NCBI GenBank assembly: GCA_951406725.2 | Contig: OX597818.1 | Location: forward strand, 110,732,001 to 110,796,000 | DNA length: 64,000 bases | From: Octopus vulgaris | Lineage: Eukaryota | Direction of reading: 5' to 3' | In this document: one piece after another, positions 40,562 through 53,689 of the stretch | How positions within the stretch are numbered: the first letter of the stretch is position 1 | Layout: each line of letters begins with the position of its first letter | The notes under the pieces: model-generated | What the model saw: the letters and a program-made list of their open reading frames with translations, nothing else | Told to the model about the DNA's origin: nothing | The model's database searches: none | Position numbers and translations under genes: made by a program

Positions 40562-41599
40562 CTAGCAAGAAGAAAATTTACTAAATAACAATTATGAATG
40601 TAGAAAATATTGATTTCATTTGATCAAACTCCTGGCTTTACGTTAAAGATCTGGAATGCTATGTAACGTCTCTTCCTTTGTTTCAAAAGGCAACGGAAAT
40701 GAAATAAGTTTAGTTTCCTCCTATTGAAACCCCATAACAGCAACTTCAGCTCACATCCTGCTACATTATCGTCTGTTGCTGCATTAAAGTTTTTTTATTC
40801 ATTTGCTTGTTTCAGGCATTTGAATGCGGCCATGCTTGAGCATTGTGTTTAGTCAAACAAATCGACCCCAGGACTTATTCTTTGTAAGCTGGTGGCATGT
40901 AAAAAGCACCATTCAAGCATGATCGTTGCCAGTGCCACCTGACTGGCACTCATGGTAAAAACCACCCACTACATTCTCAGGAGTGGTCGGCGTTAAGAAA
41001 GGCATCCAGCTGCAGAAACTTTGCCAGATCAGATTGGAGCCTGGTGCAGCCTTCTCACTAGCCAGCCCTCAGTCAAACCGTTCAACCCATGCCAGCATGG
41101 AAAGCAGATGTTAAACGATGATGATGATAAGCTTAGTATTTATTCTATCAGTCTCTTTTGCCAAACCGCTAAGTTATGGGACATAAACCTACCAGCATTG
41201 GTTCTCAAGCGATGTTGGAGGGACAAAGACAGACACACGTAAATAGATATGATGGACTTCTTTCAGTTTCCCTCTACCAAATCCACTCACAAGGCTTTGG
41301 TTGGCCTGAGGCTATAGTGTAAGAAGACACTTGCCCAAAGTGCCACGCAGTGGGACTGAACCTGGAACCATATGGTTGGGAAGCAAGCTACTTACCACAC
41401 AGCCACTCCTGCACTGTTATAAAGAAAGCAATGAAATTCTTCATGAAAAACATGCAGTAAGAAAACCAAACCAGCACCTCTCCACCACGACCACCACCAA
41501 CAGCATTATCAATTACCAAATTAGTGACATACACTTCAAGACCAATAGAAAGTAAAACAAAAATTTCAGGCCTTGTGCCTAGAGTGGAAAAGAATAATT

Positions 41600-42250
41600 A
41601 AGGTGGCAATCTGGCAGAATCGTTAGTACGCTGGGCGAAATGCTTGCAAGTATTTTGTCTGCCAATACATTCTGAGTTCAAATTCCGCCGAGGCGGACTT
41701 TGCCCTACATCCTTTTGAGGTTGATAAATTAAGTACCAGTTCCATACTGGAGTTGATCTAATCCACTGACCCCCTCCCCACAAAAATTTCACGCCTAGAG
41801 TAGAAAAGAATATTTAAGGCGGCAAGCTGGTAGCAATGTTTGCACACCAGGCGAAATACTTAGCGTTATTTTGTCTGTCTTTGTTCTGAGTTCAAATTCT
41901 GCAAAGGTTGACTTTGCCTTTCATCGTTTCAGGGTCAGTTGCATACTGGGGTTGATCTAATCGACTGGCCCCCTCCCCACAAAAATTTTGGGCCTTGTGC
42001 CTAGAGTAGAAAAGTATATTATTGATCTTCAGAATAAGGGGTCGAGCTAGGAGAATCGTTAGCATGCCGGACGAAATGCTTGCAAGTATTTCATCTGCCG
42101 CTAAGTTCTGAGTTCAAATCCCACTGAGGCCGTCTTAATCTTTTATCCTTTCAGGGTTGATTAAATAATTACCAGTTACGCACTGGGATTGATATAATTG
42201 ACTTAATCCCGTTCCCCACAAGCTGCCCTTATGGCAAAAATTTGAAATCA
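41600..42250 (+). mobile_element. Head-to-tail array of Meta-core SINEs (3 full copies plus a partial)
   Basis: Successive AAGG(T/C)GGCAA.CTGG heads with shared GGCCTTGTGCCTAGAGTAGAAAAG tails. Confidence 0.8.
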
Positions 42251-44150
42251 TTAGCCTTCAGAATCTTTGCAAGGACAGATCTACATGCTTCATTGCACAG
42301 ACAAGGAGTTGCACCAGAAGTAATCCTTTCTTTTCAAAACCTAGAGATAAGCCTTTTCTGAATTGTTAAGGGTCAGTGTATTTTATCCTTGATTGGATTT
42401 AGAGACGGACAAAATGCTGACGCGTTTTGTCTGTGTTTATGTTCAGGGGTTCAAGTTCCACTGTGGCCAACTTTATCTTTCACCCTTCCAAGGTCAATAA
42501 AACAAGTACCATTCGAATACTGAGGGGGATCAATGTAATCGACTTGCCCCCACCCCCACCCTCCCCTGAAATTGCTGGCCTTGTCCAAAAATTTGAAACC
42601 AGTATTTGTTGATGAAAATACATCAACCATTGTTATGCAGAATATTTTAATCCCCATAAAATCAAGAAGATTGGGTCCCAACGAGCAGCAGACCACTTCC
42701 ATTCAATTTTGTACAACATAACTTAGTTGCTGTCCACAAAATAAAGATACAACTTATTATTTTCTAATCCGAAGTCAACAAGAATAAGGAAGGGATATAT
42801 AGCATGGCACCTTGGGCAAGTGTCTTCTACTATAGCCTCAGGCTGACCAAAGCCTTGTGAGTGGATTTGGTAGATGAAACTGAAAGAAGCCCATCATATA
42901 TATATGTGTGTGTGTGTATGTTTGTGTGTCTGTGTTTGTCCCCCCACAACATCACTTGATAACCAATGCTGGTGTGTTTACATCCCTGTAACTTAGCGGT
43001 TCAAGGCTTACAAAGAATAAGTCCTGGGGTCGATTTGCTCAACTAAAGCCGGTGCTCCAGCATGGCTGCAGTCAAAAGACTGAAACAAGTAAAAGAATAA
43101 ACAGATATAAATTACTGTTGATATCCTTTGTCTTCTGCAACAGCTCAACCTTAAGTGAGGGAAAGGAATTTGATTATTTACCCAGATCCAAAATTTTTGA
43201 CATTTTTCAATCCTAATGTCAAACCAAACACATATAATAACGATAATGCATCATCATCGATTAACGTCCGTTTTCCATGCTGGCATGGGTTGGACGGTTT
43301 GACTGGGGAATGGCGAACCAGATGGCTGCACCAGGCTCCAATCTGATCTGGCAAGGTTTCTACAGCTGGATGCCCTTCCTAACGCCAACCACTCTGAGAG
43401 TGTAGTGGGTGCATTTTTACATGCCACCAGAGGGGGCTGGCATCGACTTGTTTTGGCAATGAAAATTTTCAAGAGGATATTCAAAGCATTTTCATTGCCC
43501 CTTAAAAATTTTAGAGGTTGCAAGCATACCCCTTGTTTCCAAGCCAACAAACTCAAAACTCCATAAATGTTAGATTCGCTTTATATGTCAAAAACTCTCA
43601 TTCAGAAACATTGTGAATGAGTGAAAAGACTTTTGGCAAGAAAGTCCTGTGGAATGTTAATGAGATCGAGTAGAGGGGTTTGTTTGGTAAATTCAAATAG
43701 ACAACACCCAAGAATCGCTAAGTATGAATGAGAAGATCAACAACTTGTGATATCTTCCATTAAAGAGTCGAAAAATGTTTCACAAATTATGAAATTTTTC
43801 ATGGCTCAACAAACGAATAAGTCATTTCATGAAAACAACTTCAACATGAAGAACAATCAGTTAGGAAAAAGAATATAAAAGGAACAAAGCATTAAGAGAA
43901 TTAAAGAAACATGCAAGAAAATCGACAATTTTATGCTTTTTTATAATAATATGTCTGAGGCAATTCTGCTGTTTGCTAACTCTCTAAGATAATCATTGTA
44001 AACACAAAAGGAGTCACCTTAGTTCTGTTGTATCCAATATTCATGCAGGGATTAACCAAAGACAACAGCAGATAATATACTGATGCAAGTGTGGTGATGG
44101 TCATATTTAACAGAGCTCATGCAAATAACAAGATGGTGGAAACAGATAAA

Positions 44151-44578
44151 ACTTTGGAGTAAAGATTGTTTGCCAACATTACATGGCAGCCTTGGTTTAG
44201 AACGAATGGAGACATTGTCTCCAGCTGGCTATACGACACGATCTGTATCCTTAGATTTTTGAACAAGGGAATCCAGCACCCCTACTCAGCTCAAAACAAT
44301 ATCTGTGTATTGCGATTTCTGGGTTATTTCCCTACATCAGCACAGAATAATTTGGTAGCACCACTTCTAGGCAAACAATTATTCTGTGCTGAGGAAGGGA
44401 AATAACCCAGAAATTGCGATACATAGATCTTGTTTTGAGCTGAGTGGGGGTGCTAGATTACCTTGTTCGAAATTATAAGGACACAGATCGTGTTGTATAG
44501 CCAGCTGGAGACAAAGTCTCCATTCGTTCTAAACCAAGGCTGCCATGTAATGTTGGCAAACAATCTTTACTCTAAAGT
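44151..44578. mobile_element. Foldback (palindromic) MITE with ~200-bp arms
   Basis: ACTTTGGAGTAAAGATTGTTTGCCAACATTAC...CAGCACAGAATAATT / AATTATTCTGTGCTG...GTAATGTTGGCAAACAATCTTTACTCTAAAGT with a ~20-nt loop. Confidence 0.9.
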
Positions 44579-44894
44579 ATTGTTGCTGCATATCTCTCGT
44601 TGTGAGATTTAAAGATAGTAATTTACTAAGAAAACTATCTTTGACTGAAATTAGCAAGACATCAAAACTAACCAACACAGAACTAACTTTGAATGTAGAC
44701 CAACGTTTGCTTCCATCCATTAAATGACTTACATTGTGCCACAGTCCCAATTCACCAATGAATTGCAGACCACAAGAATACACAACAGTTGAGACTTCAT
44801 TTTCTTAAGAGTTTGCAATTTAAGATATTTTGCCTTGTACGTTATTTACATTGTCTACATTTGACGGATATATGTCCTCATCTTGTTTGCTGTT

Positions 44895-44938
44895 AACACG
44901 TTTCAGCTGATATACCCTCCAGATGTCATCAGGTGTCT
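44895..44938 (-). ncRNA. Minimal type I hammerhead-like motif (degenerate)
   Basis: Minus strand GACAC-CTGATGA-catCTGgagggtatatCAGct-GAAA-CGTGTT; catalytic boxes intact, 3 nt missing at the cleavage triplet relative to the right-arm sequence. Confidence 0.6.
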
Positions 44939-45463
44939 TAGGGAAATTTCAAACCTGGGTTCTCACTCCTAAGGTATTTTTCAATGCTATTATTATAATT
45001 ATTATTGAGTGAGAGAGTAGTGCATGCCATCAAAGTGGCACTGGGGTAAAATATACAAAGCCCAATATACCCATCATGACTACCCGTCTGATAAGGGTAC
45101 ACCAGGCACATGCATCACAATGATATGTGCGCGACATGGTGATCTCATATCAAGATAAACAGTACATGACCTTGCAGGTGGGGCCCAGTTAGAATTTTCT
45201 TCTGGTTGAGTAACCCATCCCGCTCAAAAGGTCCCTGAATAAAGGTTGTTTAAGGATGTTGAACAAAACACCCATGTTTCCAGAGGTGAATTATTCAAAC
45301 CCCAAAGAATCCCTCTCAACACACGGCTATGATGCTCCCCCACTACTTCTGCTCGTGATCAGAGATGCACATATCGTCAGCCACTAAGGGACATGCTCAA
45401 CTGGTTAAGGTCAAACAACTGACAAGCAAATCTGTGGTATTGAGCAGAACATTTGCTTCAGGT

Positions 45464-45532
45464 CACTGCCTGGAATCAAACTCGGAATCTTGGGGTTAGT
45501 AGCCCATGCTCTTAACCACTACGCCATATGCC
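45464..45532 (-). other. tRNA-derived head (Pol III A/B boxes), not a functional tRNA
   Basis: A box TGGCGTAGTGG, anticodon-like loop CTACTAA, B box GTTTGATTCC; acceptor stem does not pair. Confidence 0.7.
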
Positions 45533-48500
45533 CGTGGGCATATCAGCTGAAATATTGTGTTAACAACAAACAAGATGAAGACAAATATCCGTCAAGTGTA
45601 AATAATGTACATAATTCCTCGTCTCTTAAATATAGAACTTAATTATATTTTGCCTTGTCTAAAATTTTTTCTTGTTCAACATGAAATCCCATTCTTGTGG
45701 TAAACTCCCAAACTACAAATTGTTTAGCTTCCAAGGACATTTTAGCTGTGACCACCCTACCTTTTTGTTAGCCAAGACTGCATTGTCTAGTATTTTCCTC
45801 TTTTTAAAGACGATATAGGGTGTGGTATGAATGAGATTTAAATGCTACTTTTAGCAAATCAATTAAACAGCATACAGTCTCATCAGATGGAAGTTCAGTG
45901 TTTGGCCCAAAAGACAGGATACAAACTAATTAGTCTTCAGCTGATAATTGTTTCACTCTCAACACAAAATGTGAGCTTTAAGAGACGATATTTTGTGGTT
46001 ACATGAATGAGATGCAAGCACAGATTGCTAAACCAAATCGTAGCTGTTAACAATTTAAGACAGAAGAACAGTTAGCAGACTGGACCAAATGCTTGGCACC
46101 ATTTCATCCGTCTTCACATTCTCGGTTCAAATTCTGCCAAGACCAGCTTTACGTTTTGGGGGTCAGTAAAATAAAAATCATTTGACCCCTTGGGTCAATG
46201 TAATCATTGCAGTCCTTGTGCCAAAAATGTTATGTAGATAACTGGAGGCTGCATAACGTGATGACATTTGAAACAAATTGAACCAGAACGTGTGGGAGTC
46301 CATTTGAGAAGTCATACAAGATTTTGGTGTTGAAGATTATAAGGAGGTCCGGTGCGTGTGTAAGAGTGTACAATCTGTTTGTGTGACCATGTCAATGTGC
46401 AGGGATCGTTTTAACTTGGGAAATGCATTTTTAGCACTTGTCATACGTGAGTTCTGCCGTGTATTATTCCCCCACACGTTTTCACTGTCACACACTCACC
46501 ACTGACGAATACCTTTCAAAACAATCTGTCAGGAAAATAACCAAGAAGGAAACAGAAAGACGACTACAAGAAGCAAACGGAGACATTCTTTCGTTTACAT
46601 CAACAATGGTAACTTGAAAGTGTCGGGGGAGAAGGAGTGATAGCAATAGAACAACATGCAGCCAACATGAACAACAACACCAAAGAAGCAGTCACATGGA
46701 GATAAAAAAAATACTAGAATTACAAATCTCTCACACACACACAATGCACTGAAGGGTTAAATGCTGTGAGGTGTGCAGGCTTACCTTACTGTTATCCCTT
46801 TCGCTCTGGTCAACCCAAGAAAATGAGAAAACAGCATTTGACAAGATACAATTGAGCAGCTACACGTAACATTTAAGAGCTTAATATTTGCATAAAAGAG
46901 AACCGCAAAGAATCAAATAAACATTTAGCTCTGGCCCTTCCCTGCCCTATTAGGGGTAACCAACTATCTCCTCTGTAGTAAAACAACTATCTCTCAGCCA
47001 CTCTGTTATACTCTAACCTCTCACCTGGGTCACAGTTTTGGTTCCACTCCCTCTCTCAGCTGTCTTGCAATCTGCTGGCTGACCCCACTGGTGCCACATA
47101 AAAAGCACCCAGTACACTCTGTAAAGTGGTTGGTGTTAGGAAAGGCATCCAGCCATAGAAACCATACCAAAGCAGGCAGATGGGGCTTGGTGCAGCCCTC
47201 CAGCTCCAGTCAAACTGTCCAACCCATACCAGCACAGAAAACAGATGATAAAGGATGGTGAGGCTTTATACTGGAGACAGGTTGTATTTGTTAATTATCA
47301 ATTCTTTGAAAATGTGAAACTCAATAACGATATACCAACACACAGTTTCAATTGCCATCAACATCATTTAGCTCTGCTTTTCTATAAGGGCATGAGTTGG
47401 AGGAGTCAAGAGAAAGTTGGCCAGTTTTTGTCCAAAGACAGGTCAGCCACCATGACTCACTCTTACACTCACAACATATAACATGTGATGTTTTATGCAG
47501 AGCCATACAGCAAAAACAAAACAAAAAGAAACGTTCTAACATAACTGAATTAAAGGACTCAATACATTTAGATAGAGTGGATAGAAAATTTAATATTATA
47601 AAGAAGACTTTGACTGCAAACAATATGTATATTTTTACTTTGTTTCAGTCATTAGACTGTGGCCATGCTGGGGCACCACTATTTTTTTTTTATTCTGTTG
47701 GTTCCTTTTGCTGAACTGCTAAATTACAGGTATGTAAACACACCAACACTGGTTGTCAAGCGGTGGTGGGTGACAAATAGACACAAAGGCACACATACAC
47801 ACATACACACATGATAGGCTTCTTTCAGTTTCCATCTACTAAGTCCACTCACAAGACCTCGGTTGGCCCAAGGTTATAGTAGAAGACAAGGTGCCATGCA
47901 GTGGAACTGAACCCAGAACCATGTCACAGTTATGTAACCTACACTGCTAGAAAATATATTTGATTGGTTTCTCTTTAATGGAGAATACTAAAAACGAAAT
48001 CCCTGTTCAGAATGAACCAGAAGAATAATGAGAAAAACAAGAATGTTGATTTAAAAGTCATGGATTATTTTCATAATTCTCACTCAACTGCATCAAATTA
48101 ACCCATTTTATCCCAATATCTATGAGTACATATTATTTAGCACAGAACAGGTTATTATCAACTGACAGGTTTAAATTGTGTGAAACACAGAGGGAGAGAG
48201 CTGTTCAATTCAGTTTTGGTAGAAAACCAGATAATTGTAGTCATTTAAGTTTGTTTTTTGGTTGCAAACTTGAAATAATGAAAATCACAAAAACATGTAA
48301 AGTCTTATCCATTTGTTGCCAATCTATTTAATAAACATTTATTTTGCTCTTATGCCATGCAGTAAAAGCAATGGAATTGTTCAGAGTTACAAACATTTTG
48401 TAGTCATTTTCCGATTTTGGGTCCCACATCATCTCAAGGTCTACAAATGTAGACGCTTCAAGAAAATAGGAACCCCTTTCATTCAATGAAGTTGAAATTT

Positions 48501-48873
48501 CACCAATAACTATGTTTGATTAAAACAGATCTGAGTTCATAATTTCGTAGGTTTTGCTACATTTCTTCTATCCCTTTCTTCTATAAAGACACCTGTGCCA
48601 GCACCACATTTGAGAACCGTGTTCCACATAAAAAACCTGTGCTGGTGCCAAAACACCCAGAATATTCTGTGGAGTGGTTGGCATTAAAAAGGGCATCCAG
48701 TAACAAAAACTATGCCAAAACAGACGACTGGAGCCTGGGGCAGTCCTCCACTTTGCCAGCTCTTGTCAAACTCTCCAACCCATGCCAGCATAGAAAACAG
48801 ATGTGAAACAAGAGAAATTTTACACATTTTTGTAAATCTGTATCCACTTTCCTATTAACCATTTAGCTGTTAA

Positions 48874-49095
48874 CCCTTTCATTACAGTATTTATTTTGAG
48901 ATGCTCTGTGTTTCTTTCAATTAATTTTAAATATAACAAAGAATTTAGTAAAATAGCTTAGTTATCATTAAGCTAGTGCTAGGAACATAAATTGTGATTA
49001 AGGTTTGGTGGAAGATTTTAATTCAAATCTTATGAAAACAAAACATTTGTATGACAGAGCCAGAGCTGGTTTCAACCGGGTTGGTAATGAAGGAG
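48874..49095. mobile_element. piggyBac-type MITE nested in an older TTAA-type MITE
   Basis: TTAA|CCCTTTCATTAC ... GTAATGAAGGAG|TTAA; close copy at 59602-59823; host remnant TTAACCATTTAGC ... GAATGCTAAAAGG (~48855-49305). Confidence 0.8.
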
Positions 49096-50699
49096 TTAAG
49101 CCAGCTGTATCCAGCCCAAATATTTCTCATTCTATGCTCAAACAGGCCAGATCTGACTGCTCACACCTGACCTACAATGTCATTCTAAAAATAAATAATT
49201 ATATGATTGAAGACTCAAAGCTATGGGATAATGCCTGATTAATTCTAAACAATGTGAATAAATAAGCAGAACTTTTGGCAGAGGAATCTGAATGCTAAAA
49301 GGCTTGAATAGTAATGTGATAATTTACTAATTATTTATTATCAAATATTTAAAAAATATGTATTTAACTTTTACCTGATTCATTAGACTGTGGCCATGCT
49401 GGGGTACTGCCTTGAAGAAGTTTTTTTGTCAATTGATTCAACCCCAGTAATTTTTTTTTTTTAATCTGGAACTTATTTTATCAATCAGTTTTATACACAC
49501 ACACACACACACACGACAGTTTCCGTCTTTGGTCAACCTGAAACTATGGTAGAAAATGCTTGCCGAAAGTGCCAAGCAGTAGGACTGAACCCAGAACCAT
49601 ATGGTTGGGAAGCGAGCTTCTTACCACAGAGCCACGCCTGTGCTTAGGCTACCAAAAGCACATCGACCTTTTATTATTGTATCGAGAATGAGTATTGGTG
49701 AGAGACAGGCGCACACACACATATGCTGCACTTTGCTTCAAAGAAATAAAAAATATATCAGTGCAGGACACTGAAATAAACAATTCTTATCTTCTAAATA
49801 TCCTCCCCTTTTTTAACTTGGTTCAAAGAGATCTAATAGCCGTAAAACCTCTCCGTGACTTTCCTCTAGTAATTAATTTAAATAACGGCTAATTCCATTT
49901 AAATGGTTTTTATTTTCCAAACATTTCAGTTAGAGTTATCTCCCTTGATTGTTTTCAGATTTTAAAGCCACTTCTGTGGAAGTTTTTCTCTATAAATTGC
50001 ATGGATAATCTCAATTAATTGGAAGTCTTGCAACACGTTTCAGTGAGAATCTTCCCTGTGTGATTTGGCAGGGCGAGTAATCACAGGGAGCCAACTTCGT
50101 TTGTTCATAAGATGAAGGCCCGAGGGTCGCTGACCAAGCAGATCTGGCCAAAAAGGCATTCCTGCCGTGATTATTTTAATTTTTTTGTTTTGGTTACATT
50201 ATGCAATGACTCTTTTAAAACAATGGTATGATTTGAGGGAGATTTGGCTACAATTTCTCACAGGTGAGTGCTTTTATCAAGTTGGAGACATTAGGTTATC
50301 TCCCTTGAACAAAACCTTTCCCATAAGGCCAGACCCCAACAAGCTGGCAGAATCGTCAGCGCATCGGACAAAGTGCCTGACAGCATTTCTTTCAGTTCTG
50401 TAGCCGAGTTTAACTTCGTCTTTCATCTTTTCAGGATCAATGAAATAAGGACCAGTTGAATACAGAGATCAATGCAATTGATTTACCCCTCTCCAGCCCT
50501 GTAAGGCTTTTCATCCAGATGTCCACTCCAATACAAAACCTACAGCTTGCCAGTCACTATGGTTATCTTAGCCCACTGACCCACTGTGGTCAGACCCCCA
50601 AGTCTAAAGAGTGGGGTCAGACTGCACAGACTTACTTTCGCTATAAAACTACTAAACGCAGATAGGAAGCAAAATTCTGCTGCAATGGAGAACAGACAA

Positions 50700-51780
50700 A
50701 AACAACAGGTTCTGGACGGAGCAAGCTAAATGCTATACTTGTCTGGACAAACCAAGGCTGACCCAAGGCAGTCTGGAGTTGGCTTTATGATAAACACCAC
50801 CATTGGCTCTTGGCTTGAGAGCCTGCTCATCGGCCACTCTGACCGTATTGTGTCTCTACAGCTCCCTCACAGGACAACCAGTATACAACTACCATTAGCA
50901 TTTAGGCTCGAACCCTTCAGGCTGATCCAGCTACAAAGGAATTGTTCAATAGTGAACTGAGATCCCTCCTCCAAAAGACCAGCAGTAGGGACAGGATCAT
51001 CATTGAGGGTGATTTCAAAGGTCAGCAAGAACAACACCATATTGCCTGGAGTACTTGGTCAACTTATATTGGCAGCTCCAACAATGGTGAATGACTGCTG
51101 CTTGTGAATTCTGCACTAAGCATGGTCTCATCATCACCAAGGCTCAGTTTCAGCAGGAGAAACAGTTGAAGGGATTCTGGAGAAAACCTTATTCAAAACA
51201 CTGGTACCTGCTGGACAACATCCTGGTGTGGCAGACAGATACAAAGGACGTGCACCAGACCTGAGTGGACATGCCAAGTGCAGACAGCTACAGATGACAG
51301 ATCATCATCATCGTTTAATGTCCATTTTCCGTGCTAGCACAGGCTGGACGGTTCAACCGGGATCTGGGAAGCCAGGAGGCTGCACCAGGCTCCAGTCTGA
51401 TCTGGCAGTGTTTCTACAGAGTGATACCCTTCCTAACGCCAACCACCCCGTGAGTGTAGTGGGTGCTTTTTACGTGCCACCGACACAGGTGCCAGGGGAT
51501 GCTGGCAGTGGCCATGATCGGTTGGTGCTTTTTACATGCCACTGGCACGGTTCATGCAAAAGTCCATCAAGCCTGTTGGGAAGAAGAAAGGTTATCTAAC
51601 GAAGAAACTGCAAATCAACAGACTTCCACGACTGTAGGAAGAGTTTCAGTCAAGCTTGGACAGTAAGCTTTTGAACATCAAAGTAGCTGAAAGAGACCCA
51701 GAGAAGCTCTGGCAAAACTTGAAGACTACAATAAAGGAACCAACAGCCGATGGTGTGGGCTTCTCATTAAGAACACCCTG
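50700..51780 (+). mobile_element. Decayed LINE AP-endonuclease region interrupted by an RTE 3'-end copy (51302-51560)
   Basis: SGVGFMI, IIIEGDF, WRKPYSKHWYLLDNILV (APE motifs) in shifting frames. Confidence 0.7.
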
Positions 51781-52052
51781 ACCTTGTATTCTGTGTTATA
51801 AATGAATGATTACTTGTAGCAAAGAGAACCAAAGAAAGAATACAAAGAGAAGAGACGAGGTCAGGTTCTTATAACAATGTTGTGGTTGACAGACAAAATG
51901 CCCAAAGGATCAGGACACAGAGTCAGTGATATGCTGTGTGACAGGAGGGTCTAATACATCCCATGACAATAGAAAAGGTGTTGGCATTCAAAATACGTAT
52001 ATATTAAGAGAAGTAAATTTTGTCAGGATCTATGGATCAAGGGGTCACTTAC

Positions 52053-52134
52053 CAATGTATTGCTTGAAGGAGAAATCAATTCGGGCAGCAGATTTTTCTC
52101 ATCAGGAACATTCACCTTGCTAATGTCTATTGTC
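52053..52134 (-). CDS. SCYL2: SCYL2 exon
   Basis: ttgttttttag acceptor, TTG|GTAAGT donor, 82 nt, phase 2 to 0; EEQ-KTIDISK aligns with vertebrate QQKSLDI. Confidence 0.85.
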
Positions 52135-52223
52135 CTAAAAAACAAAGTAGGAACCAGTATAAATAGTGATCAGAACAGAAACAGCTCTCTCTCTCACTCT
52201 CTCTTTCTCTCTCACCACATATA

Positions 52224-53514
52224 CGAGGGACGTTCAATAAGTAATGCCTCTGACCCACTTGCAGTTGTTTGATCTAGCTAAAATTTTGCATGTGCAATCA
52301 TTTATATCTCTATAGAGTAAGTGGCAAATTACAGCTCTGAATTAATTGTGGTTTCTGATTTACAGGTGTTTGAACCGAGTCAAGTGTGAAATGGAGCCTG
52401 TTGAGTGTCGAGCAGTGATACGGTTTTTGTATTTGAAAGGACGCACACCAAGGGAGACTTTTGATGAAATGAAAGTAACTTATGGTGATGATGCCCCATC
52501 ATATGACCTTGTAAAACGCTGGCATCGTGAATTCAAACATGGTTGGAACTCTGTGGAAACAGCTCCCAGATCTGGTCACCCCCTTCTGCCATTGATGAGG
52601 CATCTGTCCGTCAAGTTGAGGCTGCCATTTTGGAAGATCGACGCATAATTATTCGCGAAATAGCCCATGAGGTCAAGATTAGTACCGGGTCTGTGGAAAC
52701 TATCATTCATGACCATTTGCATATGCAAAAGGTGTCTGCCAGATGGATTCCCAGGTTGCTCACGCCTTTCCAGAAGCAAGAACGCGTCGAGTGCTCGAGG
52801 GTGAATTTGGAGATGTGCCAAGAAGATGAGTCAAAATTTTTCAAAAGACTGATTACACAGGATGAAACCTGGGTCCATCACGATGATCCAGAGACCAAAG
52901 CCCAGTCAATGCAGTGGAAGCACCGTGACTCACCCCCTCCAAAGAAGGCAAGGGTGCAGCCCTCCGCTGGCAAGGTCATGCTCACAGTCTTCTGGGACCA
53001 GGACGGAGTAGTGATGACAGATTTCCTGGCAAAGGGTACCACAATTGCAGGAGCCTATTATGCTTCACTTTTGAGGAAATTAAGAGAAGTTATCAAAATC
53101 AAGAGGCGGGGCAAGATCAGCAAAGGCATCCTCCTCCTGCAGGACAACGCTCCGGTCCACAACTCGCTTGTCACCAGATCAGAAGCACAGGCGTATGGCT
53201 ATGAACTCCTCCCCATCCCCCCTACTTTCCTGACCTTGCACCCTCTGATTTTCACCTCTTCCCAATCATGAAGTTGTTTTTGAAAGGAAAGCGTTTCCCA
53301 GATGATGCAGCCTTGATTTCTGAAGTCACGTTGAGGTTGGAGGACCAAGCTGGGTTCTTCTACAAAAACGGTGTCCAGAGCCGCATCAAACGATGGGAGA
53401 AATGCATAACTCTGGGTGGTTCCTATGTAGAAAAAGACTAATAACTGTGCCAAGTTTTGTTGCTCTACTTCTATGGGAAGTGGGTCAGAGGCATTACTTA
53501 TTGAACGCCCCTCG
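52224..53514 (+). mobile_element. Full-length mariner (DD34D) transposon
   Basis: ~37-bp TIRs CGAGGGACGTTCAATAAGTAATGCCTCTGACCCACTT / AAGTGGGTCAGAGGCATTACTTATTGAACGCCCCTCG; TA TSD; ~1.29 kb. Confidence 0.96.
52391..53441 (+). pseudogene. Mariner transposase with two frameshifts
   Basis: MEPVECRAVIRFL, WIPRLL, ITQDETW, LLQDNAPVH, PDLAPSDFHLF, GGSYVEKD*; frameshifts near 52580 and 53215. Confidence 0.92.
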
Positions 53515-53622
53515 TATGTGTGTAAATTGTATATATGGGTGTGTATTCATCGTCATTTAACGTCCGCTTTCCATGCTGGCATGGGTTGGACTATATACAC
53601 ATATATGTATGAATATGGGTTG

Positions 53623-53676
<54 letters not shown>

Positions 53677-53689
53677 CAATTTAGCGAGG

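Larger units (their letters stand above)
44839..45644 (-). mobile_element. Non-autonomous composite retroelement, copy 1 (inverted pLTR-like arms, hammerhead motif, tRNA-like head)
   Basis: 14-bp TSD ATATTTTGCCTTGT (44825-38, 45645-58); arms are reverse complements; core shared with 55249-56214. Confidence 0.8.

Noticed and set aside
45464-45532. tRNA-Ser(ACT) gene
   Set aside because: Acceptor stem unpaired, no long variable arm, mutated B box, embedded in a repeat.
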